From Flavobacteriaceae bacterium (GTDB lineage: Bacteria; Bacteroidota; Bacteroidia; Flavobacteriales; Flavobacteriaceae), in NCBI GenBank assembly GCA_002691645.1, contig NZIP01000019.1, positions 24,615 through 88,614 on the forward strand: a stretch of DNA of 64,000 nt, read 5' to 3'. This document shows positions 10,727-22,248 of this stretch, in pieces. Below the pieces are notes generated by a model. It did not search any database. It had not been told where the DNA came from and saw only the letters and a program-made list of their open reading frames with translations. The first letter of the stretch is position 1; every line of letters starts with the position of its first letter. The position numbers and the translations under genes are program-made.

Positions 10727-11051
10727 TGCCCCAATTGACAATAATGGATTAGGACAAGCTTTTTCACCTACAGATTGTGTGGCCAATGCCTTAGGCAGTT
10801 GCATGATAACAGTAATGGCTATAAAGGCGAATCAAATGGGTATCGAGCTCAAAGACAGTCGTCTTGAAATCAAAAAGCACATGGCCTCTGATCCAAGACG
10901 AATTTCAAGTATTGAGGTTGATTTGTATTTACCAGAAATCTCTGAAAAGGATGCTAAAATATTAGAACGCTTCGGAAATACATGCCCTGTTTTGGAAAGC
11001 CTCCATTCAGACCTAGAAAAGCAAATCAGATTTCACTGGAATAGCCTTTAG
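10641..11051 (+). CDS. OsmC-family peroxiredoxin-like protein
   Basis: [48 protein letters not shown] is a typical OsmC/Ohr-fold N-terminus. The ATG at 10641 lies inside the tail of the preceding ORF. Confidence 0.75.
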   Translation: MKTTSEIIYQGGLRTASTHLRSGSVIHSDAPIDNNGLGQAFSPTDCVANALGSCMITVMAIKANQMGIELKDSRLEIKKHMASDPRRISSIEVDLYLPEISEKDAKILERFGNTCPVLESLHSDLEKQIRFHWNSL

Positions 11052-11923
11052 ATATCACAAATTGTGAAGGCTGCTTGCAAGGACGCTATGGGATCGTCGC
11101 TTATAGGAATAAATTCTTGAGCTACGTGCCCTGTGTATCCAGTTTTCAGAATTTCTTGCATTATAGCTGGATAATACAATTCTTGTTTTTCACCTATTTC
11201 ATTTCTACCGGGAACACCAGCCGTATGGTAATGACCAAAGTATTTATAATACTTTCTAATGCTATTGATGATATCTCCTTCTTGAATTTGCATGTGGTAG
11301 ATATCGAAAAGCAATTTGAAATTATCGCTTCCTAACCTTCTGCATAGTTCAACTCCCCAGATACTCGAATCACACATATAATCTGGATGATTTTGTTGGT
11401 TGAACAATTCCATTTGTAAGACAACTCCATGCTCTTCGGCTAAAGGCATGATTTCAGATAGTCCCCTAACACAATTTTCGATACCGACATAGTCATTCAT
11501 TCCATTTCTATTTCCACTAAAACAGATGAGGTTGGTAAATCCAGCCTCAGCTACTTGAGGAATAACACGTTGGTAATTTTCTATAAGTTGCTTGTGATTT
11601 TTAGGGTCGTTGAATCCTTCTGTTAGGCTTATCTCTGCTCCCTGACACATGCTGCAATGGATATCGTATTGTTTGAGCAAATCAAAATTTTCTGGACTCA
11701 CTAAGTCTATAGATTTGATGCCCATGTTTTTAATTATTTTCAAAAAATCTTCTAAGGGTATATTCCCAAAACACCAATGACAAACGCTGTGATTGATATT
11801 ATTTTTGAGATTTAAAGATTTTAATTCTGTAGGATTTAATTTAAAATTATGAGCTACAGTGTTGGCTGAAAATAGTGCCAATCCTCCCGTACCCGATTTT
11901 TGAATAAAGTCTCTTCTGTTCAT
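11048..11923 (-). CDS. xylose-isomerase-like TIM-barrel protein (hydroxypyruvate isomerase/sugar phosphate isomerase family), Tat-exported
   Basis: Twin-arginine signal MNRRDFIQKSGTGG. It has a 291-aa AP-endonuclease-2/TIM-barrel-like layout with His/Glu/Asp-rich metal-site segments (DIYHMQ, GHYHTAG, AQEF). Confidence 0.6.
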   Translation of the reverse strand: MNRRDFIQKSGTGGLALFSANTVAHNFKLNPTELKSLNLKNNINHSVCHWCFGNIPLEDFLKIIKNMGIKSIDLVSPENFDLLKQYDIHCSMCQGAEISLTEGFNDPKNHKQLIENYQRVIPQVAEAGFTNLICFSGNRNGMNDYVGIENCVRGLSEIMPLAEEHGVVLQMELFNQQNHPDYMCDSSIWGVELCRRLGSDNFKLLFDIYHMQIQEGDIINSIRKYYKYFGHYHTAGVPGRNEIGEKQELYYPAIMQEILKTGYTGHVAQEFIPISDDPIASLQAAFTICDI

Positions 11924-11973
11924 GGTTAGTTTTTTAGACTTTTAAGATATTGAATTTTGCTCAAACCTTTTGA

Positions 11974-13647
<1,674 letters not shown>

Positions 13648-13685
13648 GCATTATCTTTGAATTTAATACGCTATTTTAACGCTTT

Positions 13686-15560
13686 ATGGAAGAAAGAAAA
13701 CTAGATAAAAGCTCGATCATTGGCTTTATTCTCATATTCGCCATTATGATGTTTTGGTTTTACCTAAACCAACCAACCCCTGAGGAATTGGAGGCAGCTA
13801 GAGCAGCAGAGCTTGTGGCCAATCAGGAAAAAGAATCATCTGAAAGCGAGGCGGAAATCAAAATAGATGCTGTTCCTGCTGTGGTTTCTGATTCTATTGT
13901 GAATCAAGCTTACCAAAACGCCGTAGGTTTATTTGCTTTTACACCTCAAGACGAGGGATCAACGATTATTGAAAATGAGTTGTTGCGCATGGAAATTTCC
14001 CATAAGGGAGCCCAAGTAAAAGCACTTGAATTAAAGCAATACTCAGACTATAAGGAAGAGCCGGTACATTTGATTGCCGAGAACAACTCAAATCTTAGGG
14101 TTAATTTTAGAACTACAGATAATAGAATATTAAAAACCACTGATCTGTATTTTATTCCCTCTATCTCCAAAGATGACGGGGGAGTTACGCGTCTATCGAT
14201 GAAAGCGAAAACGTCTGAAAATGCTTATTTAGAAGTGGTATATGTATTAAAACCTGATGAATATTTACTGGATTATACCATAAGAAGTCAAAACTTAAGT
14301 TCCTATTTGGTCGATTCTGACGATCTCAATCTGAGTTGGGATTTTAAGGCGAAGCGATTCGATCAGAGTGTGATGTATGAGAACAGGTATACCCGTTTAA
14401 CTTATCAATACGAAAATAAAAAGGTCAGAAAGTTATCTGCCTCAAGCGACTTTGATGAGGATACAGAAAACAAGGTGAATTGGATTTCATATCGACAACA
14501 CTTTTTTAGCAGTATGCTAGTGGCTGAACAGGCTTTTGATAAGGTTGACATGAATTCTGAAAATTTAGTTGAGGAGGAATCTAAAGACGAAATATACACT
14601 AAAGCCTATGGCTCAAAAGTGAATTTAAAGCTGATGGGAGGAGAGTTATCATCTGCGATGAAACTTTATTTTGGTCCTACAGATTTAGAAGTGCTAAGCG
14701 CATATAAGGATTATGCTTTGGCTGACTCTATTCCTTTTGGATGGGGAATTTTTGGTTGGATCAATAGATATATTTTCAATCCTTTTTACAGCTTTTTAGC
14801 CTCGTTTTTACCTTATGGTATGGCTATTATAGTAATGACCATAGTCGTTCGTTTGGCCATGTCTCCTGTGACCTATAAGTCGTATGTATCCCAAGCGAAG
14901 ATGAAGGTTTTAAGACCAGAAATTACAGCGATCAACGATAAGTACAAAGACAATGCCATGAAAAGGCAGCAAGAAACCATGAAGATATACAACAAAGCGG
15001 GTGTTAGCCCGATGAGTGGTTGTCTACCTGCGTTTTTACAGTTGCCCATTTTCTATGCCCTTTTTAGTTTTTTTCCTACCTCATTCATATTGCGCCAAAA
15101 GTCGTTTTTATGGGTGGATGACTTGTCTTCTTATGACACCATTGTTGAGTTGCCTTTCACTATTCCATTTTACGGTGACCATATTAGCTTGTTTCCTATT
15201 TTGGCCTCTGTAGCTATCTTTTTCTACATGCAGATGACTACTGGTCAGACCATGCAAATGCAACAACAGCCGGGTATGCCTAATATGAAGTTCATCATGT
15301 ATTTGTCTCCAGTAATGATGTTGTTTTTCTTCAATAACTACGCTTCTGGATTGAGTTTATATTACTTCGTTTCTAATTTGCTTACCATAGGTATTATGTT
15401 GGTGATTAAAAACGTAATCTTAGATGAAGAAAAGATTCATGCGCAAATTGAAGAGAATAAAAAAGCGCCTCGTAAGGAAAACAAATTTCAAAAAAGAATG
15501 CGAGAAATGATGGAACAGGCTGAAGCGCAACCTGAGTATAAAAAGAGACTTAAAAAGTAG
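13686..15560 (+). CDS. yidC: membrane protein insertase YidC
   Basis: 624 aa with an N-terminal TM segment, a large periplasmic domain and a C-terminal 5-TM core (..GCLPAFLQLPIFYALF.., ..SGLSLYYFVSNLL..), followed by a basic tail. Confidence 0.9.
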   Translation: MEERKLDKSSIIGFILIFAIMMFWFYLNQPTPEELEAARAAELVANQEKESSESEAEIKIDAVPAVVSDSIVNQAYQNAVGLFAFTPQDEGSTIIENELLRMEISHKGAQVKALELKQYSDYKEEPVHLIAENNSNLRVNFRTTDNRILKTTDLYFIPSISKDDGGVTRLSMKAKTSENAYLEVVYVLKPDEYLLDYTIRSQNLSSYLVDSDDLNLSWDFKAKRFDQSVMYENRYTRLTYQYENKKVRKLSASSDFDEDTENKVNWISYRQHFFSSMLVAEQAFDKVDMNSENLVEEESKDEIYTKAYGSKVNLKLMGGELSSAMKLYFGPTDLEVLSAYKDYALADSIPFGWGIFGWINRYIFNPFYSFLASFLPYGMAIIVMTIVVRLAMSPVTYKSYVSQAKMKVLRPEITAINDKYKDNAMKRQQETMKIYNKAGVSPMSGCLPAFLQLPIFYALFSFFPTSFILRQKSFLWVDDLSSYDTIVELPFTIPFYGDHISLFPILASVAIFFYMQMTTGQTMQMQQQPGMPNMKFIMYLSPVMMLFFFNNYASGLSLYYFVSNLLTIGIMLVIKNVILDEEKIHAQIEENKKAPRKENKFQKRMREMMEQAEAQPEYKKRLKK

Positions 15561-15584
15561 GCGAACTACTTTAATTCCATTGAT

Positions 15585-16769
15585 ATGGCTGAGAACAAAC
15601 CCACAGTTGTCGTAGGTTTATCTGGAGGTGTCGATTCCTCTGTCGCTGCCTATCTTTTGAAAAAAGAGGGTTTCAATGTGATTGCTCTTTTCATGAAGAA
15701 TTGGCATGACGATGAAGTCACCATTTCAGATGAATGTCCATGGCTTGAAGACAGTAATGACGCATTATTGGTCGCAGAAAAACTCAATATTCCATTTCAA
15801 ACAATTGATCTTAGCGAAGTTTACAAAGAGCGTATCGTCAACTATATGTTTGATGAATATCGCAATGGAAGAACTCCAAATCCAGATGTACTCTGTAATC
15901 GAGAAATCAAGTTTGATGTCTTTTTATCCATAGCTCTTGATTTAGGTGCCGATTTTGTAGCTACAGGGCATTATTGCCAAAAAGGAGAGCTATCCCATGG
16001 CGACAAAATCCTATATCAATTGAAGGCTGGAAAAGATTCAAATAAAGACCAATCGTATTTTTTATGTCAGTTAAATCAGCATCAACTCTCTAAAGTTTTG
16101 TTTCCTATAGGTCATCTTCAAAAATCAGAAGTACGGGCAATAGCTGAGCGAGAAGGTTTGGTCACTGCCGGCAAAAAAGATTCTCAGGGTTTGTGTTTTA
16201 TTGGAAAGGTTCGATTGCCGGATTTTTTACAACAACAATTAAAGCCGAAGGAAGGAACTATTATAGAAATAGCAGCCACAAATCCAATTTACAACCTCGA
16301 CAAGGAAGCTATGACGCTTTCAGAGCGAGCATTAGCTCATGACTACTTTAAAGACATGGGTAAGGTCTGTGGGTTACACAAAGGAGCTCACTTTTTTACC
16401 ATTGGACAGCGCAAGGGTTTAGCCGTTGGAGGAACAAAAGAACCACTCTTTGTCATTGGAACAGATACTGTTGAAAATATCATCTATGTAGGAGAAGGAA
16501 ACAAGCATCCTGGTTTATTTCGTTCTGCGCTTAAAATTGAACCGAATGACATTCACTGGTTGAGATCTGATTTGATTTTAGATGATGAGCAGCAAATGAA
16601 AGTGAAGGTGAGAATACGATATCGTCAGCCATTGCAAGAGGCGACCTTAATCAAAAAGTCCGATGGGCTTTATATAGATTTTGAACAATCCCAATCTGCA
16701 ATAACATCGGGTCAATTTGCAGCTTGGTATAGCGAAGATGAATTATTGGGTTCAGGAGTCATTTCATAA
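15585..16769 (+). CDS. mnmA: tRNA 2-thiouridine(34) synthase MnmA
   Basis: PP-loop [21 protein letters not shown], catalytic Cys context DSQGLCFIG, 394 aa. Confidence 0.9.
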   Translation: MAENKPTVVVGLSGGVDSSVAAYLLKKEGFNVIALFMKNWHDDEVTISDECPWLEDSNDALLVAEKLNIPFQTIDLSEVYKERIVNYMFDEYRNGRTPNPDVLCNREIKFDVFLSIALDLGADFVATGHYCQKGELSHGDKILYQLKAGKDSNKDQSYFLCQLNQHQLSKVLFPIGHLQKSEVRAIAEREGLVTAGKKDSQGLCFIGKVRLPDFLQQQLKPKEGTIIEIAATNPIYNLDKEAMTLSERALAHDYFKDMGKVCGLHKGAHFFTIGQRKGLAVGGTKEPLFVIGTDTVENIIYVGEGNKHPGLFRSALKIEPNDIHWLRSDLILDDEQQMKVKVRIRYRQPLQEATLIKKSDGLYIDFEQSQSAITSGQFAAWYSEDELLGSGVIS

Positions 16770-16771
16770 GT

Positions 16772-17719
16772 ATGAAAATCGATACAAAATTAACGCGCTT
16801 ATTAGGTATTAAGTACCCCATTATTCAAGGAGGAATGGTCTGGACATCAGGTGCTGAATTGGCCTCATCGGTTTCAAATGCTGGAGGTTTAGGAGTTTTA
16901 GGAGCGGGTAGTATGTATCCAAAACAACTCCGAGAAGCCATAGAAAATTGTAAAGCTAAAACTACACTTCCCTTTGGCGTGAACATCCCTTTGATGTACC
17001 CCAATATTGAAGAGCATATAACAACAGTAATTGAGCACAAAGTTCCAGTGGTCATTACTTCAGCAGGTAACCCTAATCTATTTACAGGGCGTTTGAGGTC
17101 CCATGGCATCAAAGTATTGCATGTGGTTAGTTCATTAAAGTTTGCCCTTAAAGCGGAGCAGGCAGAGGTCGATGGAATTATCGCTGAGGGCTTTGAGGCT
17201 GGTGGTCACAATGGACGTGAAGAGAATACGACCCTTGTATTATTGCAATTGTTACATCGACATCCTTTTAAAATACCTGTAGTGGCAGCTGGAGGAATTG
17301 CAACGGGATCTGCTATGCTCGCCTGTTTTCATATGGGTGCATCTGGAGTTCAAATGGGTAGTCGATTTTTAATGACCAAAGAGTCTACTGCGCATCAAAA
17401 TTTTAAAGATCTGGTTAAATCTTTAGGTGAAGGCGATACCATTCTTAGCTTGAAAGAATTAGCTCCTGTTCGACTCATTAAAAATGAATTTTACGCATCT
17501 GTTTTAGAACTTTATCAAAAAGGGGCTTCTTCAGAGGAGCTAAGATCACTGCTAGGTAGGGGAAGAGCTAAAAAAGGAATTTATGAAGGAGATTTAGTTG
17601 AAGGAGAACTCGAAATTGGACAGATTTCAGCCTTACTTGACGATATTCCTTCAGTGGATACGCTTATGAATACTTTTTTAGAAGAATATGAGCTGGCCAC
17701 TCAAAAAAAGAACTTTTAA
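16772..17719 (+). CDS. NAD(P)H-dependent flavin oxidoreductase (nitronate monooxygenase / FabK-like family)
   Basis: YPIIQGGMVWTSGAELASSVSNAGGLGVLG and AEGFEAGGH..., 315-aa TIM-barrel FMN enzyme pattern. Confidence 0.75.
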   Translation: MKIDTKLTRLLGIKYPIIQGGMVWTSGAELASSVSNAGGLGVLGAGSMYPKQLREAIENCKAKTTLPFGVNIPLMYPNIEEHITTVIEHKVPVVITSAGNPNLFTGRLRSHGIKVLHVVSSLKFALKAEQAEVDGIIAEGFEAGGHNGREENTTLVLLQLLHRHPFKIPVVAAGGIATGSAMLACFHMGASGVQMGSRFLMTKESTAHQNFKDLVKSLGEGDTILSLKELAPVRLIKNEFYASVLELYQKGASSEELRSLLGRGRAKKGIYEGDLVEGELEIGQISALLDDIPSVDTLMNTFLEEYELATQKKNF

Positions 17720-18462
17720 AATAAGGTTTGGAAGGCTTGGTACTGTTTAGGTTCGATGGCCTTTGCCGTGTTGCCCAAAGAACTTTTACCTCTTATTTTT
17801 TCAACGCTGTGCGCCTTTAAATTGAGATTATTATCTATTGCAAGTTGAGCAGTGAGCTTATCGATTTCTCTTTTGGTATTTAACCATAGTTCTGCTTGAT
17901 CTGAATTGAGTATTAAAGGCATTCGAGACGCACCGTGCTCAGGCTTATTGTGGATTTCTTTCATAAACGAATTGGCCACCGTCGTTACAATACTAAAAGT
18001 CGAGACACTTTTACTGAATTTTGTATTGGTATCGTATAAGCAAGCAACAATCATGGGTTCTTCATCTGATTTTTGGACGTAAAACGGATAAGCTGCATTA
18101 TTTCTGAAATGATGTTCAAAAAATCCGTCGATATAGAGTATTGCTCTTGAATGCTGAGCTGCTTCATGAAAAGAAGGCTTTTCTTGAATGCTCTCAATAC
18201 GCGCATTTAAGGTAGAATTTTCAATTTTTCGTGCGGCCTTTTCATCTTGAATCCAATATGGAATTAATCCCCATCTGGCGACAATAATTGAAGACTTATC
18301 GTAGAGTATACAATTAGGATGTTCAAAGCCACTCGCCCTATAAATATTCTTTAATTGGTTCTCTTCAATGATAGCTGTAATTTCTTTTTGAGCCGTTTGA
18401 TCTCCCATGCGTTTTGCTCTGGAGAGTTGTGTTTTGAGTTGGGCACTAATATCGTAACACAT
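17716..18462 (-). CDS. SOS-response-associated peptidase (SRAP/YedK, abasic-site DNA-protein crosslink) family
   Basis: I prefer the start giving the N-terminus MCYDIS (catalytic Cys2). A conserved ..SRMPLIL.. segment lies near the C-terminus. The ORF-track start at 18483 adds 7 residues that would bury Cys2. Confidence 0.65.
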   Translation of the reverse strand: MCYDISAQLKTQLSRAKRMGDQTAQKEITAIIEENQLKNIYRASGFEHPNCILYDKSSIIVARWGLIPYWIQDEKAARKIENSTLNARIESIQEKPSFHEAAQHSRAILYIDGFFEHHFRNNAAYPFYVQKSDEEPMIVACLYDTNTKFSKSVSTFSIVTTVANSFMKEIHNKPEHGASRMPLILNSDQAELWLNTKREIDKLTAQLAIDNNLNLKAHSVEKIRGKSSLGNTAKAIEPKQYQAFQTLF

Positions 18463-18466
18463 GGTA

Positions 18467-20503
18467 TTATTGAGGTAGGGCAAAGGCTATAATTTGATCG
18501 CCAGCGACTGTTCCTAGCTTTTCTCCACCGCAGGCGATTACAAGATAGGACCTGTTATTGTACTGGTATAAACTAGGGCTCGCAAAAGCAGGGTAAGGCA
18601 ATTTGTATTTCCAAAGTACTTCGCCTGTATGACGGTCAAAAGCTCTTATAAAACCATCTTTAGTAGCGGCTATAAAGAGCAATCCGTTTTTGGTGACCAG
18701 AGGTCCACCGTAATTTTCTGTTCCTGTTTCACCTATTCCAGGGGTTTCGCCCAAGGGAACACTCCATTTGTATTCTGCCGTATTCAAATCGATGGCGTGT
18801 AATTGTCCCCATGGTGGATTGATAGCTGGGAGCCCATTTTCATCTAAAAACTTTTGATAGCCACTGTGAATATAGGTGGTAATAGGTTCTACTGTATTCA
18901 GTGCTGTATTTCCGTCTTCTAAGCCCATTATGTAACTGCTTATGGCTTTTATTTCTGCTTTAGGTAGCTGTGAAAATCCGGGCATTCGACCCTTTCCATT
19001 GCTTATTAAAAGGTGGAGTTCCTCAGTTGTTAATCGCTCGTTCATGTTTACTAGGCTGGGATACCCGCTCTCGGGAACACCTTGAAAGTTATCTAAGTGA
19101 CAACTCGAACAGTATCTGGTGTACAATCCTTTAGCCGTATTTGCAATTTCTTTTTTCTCAATGCGAAGCTCCCAGGCCATTTCATTTGAATTGACGTAGA
19201 GCAGACCCTCATCTGGAACAGCTGCCGCGCCTCCCCATTCACCTCCGCCATCGTAACCCGGAAATAATAGAACTGTTGAGGTGTCAGGCGGGTGATAGGT
19301 TTTTTTGATCATTGACTTAAATAGCTTTTTGAGTGAATCGCTACGCGAAGAATACATTCCAATTTCAGCCTCTTTAAGTTCGTCTATTTGTCGGGCAAAA
19401 GCTTTGGGTTTACTGGGAATAGGCTGTGTCTGCCATGAAATTTCGTTTGGGATATTCGATTGAGGCACTTGTGTTTCTTCGATTTCATAAATTGGAGTTC
19501 CGTTTGCTCTATCGAATAAAAAAACATAGCCCTGCTTGCTGATTTGAGCCAATGCATCGATTGATTTTCCTTCTTTTTCGATTTGAATGAGGTTTGGTGG
19601 AGCAGGTAAATCTCTATCCCATAAATCGTGATGTACGGTTTGAAAATGCCATATATAATCACCAGTATTTGCGTCTAAAGCTATAATGGAATTTGCGTAT
19701 TCATTTTTCCCTGCACGATTGGCGCCGTAAAAGTCAGGAGAAGCTGAACCTGTGGGTATGTACACCAATTCTTTCTCTTCATCTAAACTCATTCCAGCCC
19801 AATTATTTCCGCCACCAATATTAGGGTTGTCTTTAAAACTTGGAAGGGTTTCAAAGGTCCAAACGACAGCACCTGTATTGGTGTCAAAAGCGATGATATT
19901 TCCTTTAGCAGCACCCTCTGATTCGGATACTCTTAATGGCAAGATGATTAAATCTTTAAAAATGGTACCCGGCGTATTAGAGATTACCCATTTGTCCATA
20001 CTGGGAAGTGCTTTACGAATGTCTACTGCACCATCAACTCCGAAGCCCTTGGCAGGCGTACCACTTATGGCGTCAAGCGCGATAAGCTCATAGTTTCGAG
20101 TGTAAAAAATACGTTGCTTTCCTTTTTTTGATTTCCAATAACTCACTCCTCTGGATGTCGATAGCGCATGATCGAAATTTGCACCGTAACTCCAAATTTC
20201 TTTGCCGCTTTCAGCGTGTAAAGCGTATACTTTTAAACTGGCATCAATGATGTAGACCATACTGTCTACGACAATGGGGTTCATTTGCATTTGTCCTTTG
20301 CTAGAGGTAGTAAAGGTCCAAGCAGGTTCTAGTTGAGCTACATTACTGGGGTTAATTTCATTTATTTCTGAATAGTGGTTTCTGTCTTTTCCACCGTGAT
20401 AACTGCTCCATGTATTTGCCTTTGGAGTGGTGTTCTGACACGAAAAAAAGAAAGCTGTAAGCAGAGCTAAATAAAGTCCTTTCATGACAACGGATTTGAG
20501 CAT
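18467..20503 (-). CDS. PQQ-dependent dehydrogenase (glucose/quinate family beta-propeller) with embedded c-type haem motif; lipoprotein
   Basis: HHDLWDRDLPAPP quinoprotein signature, repeated propeller W-motifs, CSSCH (19097-19111) plus a downstream GRMPGF, and lipoprotein signal ..FFFSC. The start may instead be the ATG at 20485. Confidence 0.7.
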   Translation of the reverse strand: MLKSVVMKGLYLALLTAFFFSCQNTTPKANTWSSYHGGKDRNHYSEINEINPSNVAQLEPAWTFTTSSKGQMQMNPIVVDSMVYIIDASLKVYALHAESGKEIWSYGANFDHALSTSRGVSYWKSKKGKQRIFYTRNYELIALDAISGTPAKGFGVDGAVDIRKALPSMDKWVISNTPGTIFKDLIILPLRVSESEGAAKGNIIAFDTNTGAVVWTFETLPSFKDNPNIGGGNNWAGMSLDEEKELVYIPTGSASPDFYGANRAGKNEYANSIIALDANTGDYIWHFQTVHHDLWDRDLPAPPNLIQIEKEGKSIDALAQISKQGYVFLFDRANGTPIYEIEETQVPQSNIPNEISWQTQPIPSKPKAFARQIDELKEAEIGMYSSRSDSLKKLFKSMIKKTYHPPDTSTVLLFPGYDGGGEWGGAAAVPDEGLLYVNSNEMAWELRIEKKEIANTAKGLYTRYCSSCHLDNFQGVPESGYPSLVNMNERLTTEELHLLISNGKGRMPGFSQLPKAEIKAISSYIMGLEDGNTALNTVEPITTYIHSGYQKFLDENGLPAINPPWGQLHAIDLNTAEYKWSVPLGETPGIGETGTENYGGPLVTKNGLLFIAATKDGFIRAFDRHTGEVLWKYKLPYPAFASPSLYQYNNRSYLVIACGGEKLGTVAGDQIIAFALPQ

Positions 20504-20538
20504 TAAATATCGTTATTTTGTGTTGGATTTTCCAATTT

Positions 20539-22248
20539 ATGCAAAGCATTAGACTTTTTGGCTATTCACTTTCAGGATTTCATGTTTTTTTAAGCCTATG
20601 GACTCTCGCAGCCCTTCTACAGTCTTATTTTATGGATCTCTCAGGAGAAGAAGCGTATTATGTACTTTTTGCGCGAAGTATTGATTTGGGATATTTGGAT
20701 CATCCCCCAATGGTGGCCTTTGCCACTTATCTCGGAGAACTTTTATTTCAAAATGAGCTCGGAGCACGCTTGTTGTTTATACTTATGAGCAGTTGTTCGT
20801 TATATTTAATGTACGATTTGGTCGATCGCAAGAATTTGAAATTGTTTGTGTTTTTGTCAATGGGGCTGCTCGCTGTTCACGCAGGTAGTTTTTTAATCAA
20901 GACTGATGTACCCTTACTCTTTGGAGAGCTTTTGTTTTTCTATTGTTATAAACACTTTCTTGACAAGCCCTCTTTAAAATATTGTGTGGGATTAGCATTT
21001 GCTATTTCATTTATGTTTCTCAGCAAGTATCACGGGGTGCTCATTGTTTTCTTTACGCTTTTATCGAATCCGAGATTATTCACACAAAAGCCTTTTTACA
21101 AGGTGCTTTTTTTGACTGTACTCTTGATGCTTCCCTATGCCTTTTGGCAATACCAAAATGATTGGATGAGTTTAAAATTTCATTTAAGTGATCGCTCAGA
21201 CATTAGTTTTAAATGGAGCAATGTCTTGGGTTACCTCTTTAGTCAACCTTTAGTCTTAGGTCCTTTGGTGAGTATTCCTATGTTTATCGCGGTGGGAAAA
21301 AGAAAAGGCTTGGATTTATATGAAAAGTCTTTGAAATATGTGTTGATTGGTGTCTTGGTCTTTTTCTTTTTACAGTCGTTTAGAGTTTTTATTCACAAAC
21401 ACTGGACTTCAATAGCCTTGGTTCCTTTGTTTTTATTGTCTTATCCCTATTTAGCTGAAAAAGAGAAGTTGCAAAAAACAACCATTTTACTTGGAAAGAT
21501 TACGCTGATTGCCCTTATTCCGGTTCGTCTTTATTTCGCTTTTGATATTCTACCCAAGCAGTTTGTTTATTCTAGTGGCCCCCTTCACCACTGGGAGCGC
21601 TGGTCTGAGCAACTGGACTCACTCTCTTCGGGTCGTCCGATTGTTTTTGTCAACTCCTATGAAAATGCGTCGCGTTATCAGTATTACGCAGCAAAAAAGG
21701 CACACACACTGAGTACATTTTACTTTAACAATACTCAATTTGACTATTGGGACTATGAAGAACACATTCAAGGAAAAGAAGTTTTCCTCATAAATCACAA
21801 GCGCAACAACCCTAACTTTTCAGCACCTTTTGATGCAGACAATAGATCACAAATTCGTTATGCCGTGGTAGCAGACTATCGTTCTTACGCTCAAGTCGAT
21901 ATCGAAATTAATGAGTATACTGAAAATGAGGCTTATGTATTTGGTGTAGGGGAGATCAAAATGGTAGAAGCCACTATCAGCAATAGAGGAAGTTACCCTT
22001 TAAAACTTAATAGTTCAGGTAATATGCCTGTAGTGCTTTCTCAATATTTTCTCAGAGGAGAGCAGCAGCTAGGTTCTAAGGTCGTATTAGATTCTTTGTT
22101 TTTGGAATCAGGTGCTTCTAAAAGAATTAAACTCGAATTGTCGGCCCCAGAGACTTCTGGAAATTATCAGATGCGATTGGGGATTTCCTACGGCTGGATA
22201 CCTGCAACCATAAATAGTAGTCGAATAAAATTAAAGGTCAAAGAATGA
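20539..22248 (+). CDS. GT-C fold polyprenyl-phosphate-sugar-dependent glycosyltransferase (ArnT/PMT-like, GT39/83) with C-terminal Ig-like domain
   Basis: GEEAYYVLFARSIDLGYLDHPPMVAF loop motif, more than 10 TM helices, then a soluble beta-rich tail of about 150 aa. I prefer the ATG at 20539 to the TTG at 20518. Confidence 0.7.
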   Translation: MQSIRLFGYSLSGFHVFLSLWTLAALLQSYFMDLSGEEAYYVLFARSIDLGYLDHPPMVAFATYLGELLFQNELGARLLFILMSSCSLYLMYDLVDRKNLKLFVFLSMGLLAVHAGSFLIKTDVPLLFGELLFFYCYKHFLDKPSLKYCVGLAFAISFMFLSKYHGVLIVFFTLLSNPRLFTQKPFYKVLFLTVLLMLPYAFWQYQNDWMSLKFHLSDRSDISFKWSNVLGYLFSQPLVLGPLVSIPMFIAVGKRKGLDLYEKSLKYVLIGVLVFFFLQSFRVFIHKHWTSIALVPLFLLSYPYLAEKEKLQKTTILLGKITLIALIPVRLYFAFDILPKQFVYSSGPLHHWERWSEQLDSLSSGRPIVFVNSYENASRYQYYAAKKAHTLSTFYFNNTQFDYWDYEEHIQGKEVFLINHKRNNPNFSAPFDADNRSQIRYAVVADYRSYAQVDIEINEYTENEAYVFGVGEIKMVEATISNRGSYPLKLNSSGNMPVVLSQYFLRGEQQLGSKVVLDSLFLESGASKRIKLELSAPETSGNYQMRLGISYGWIPATINSSRIKLKVKE

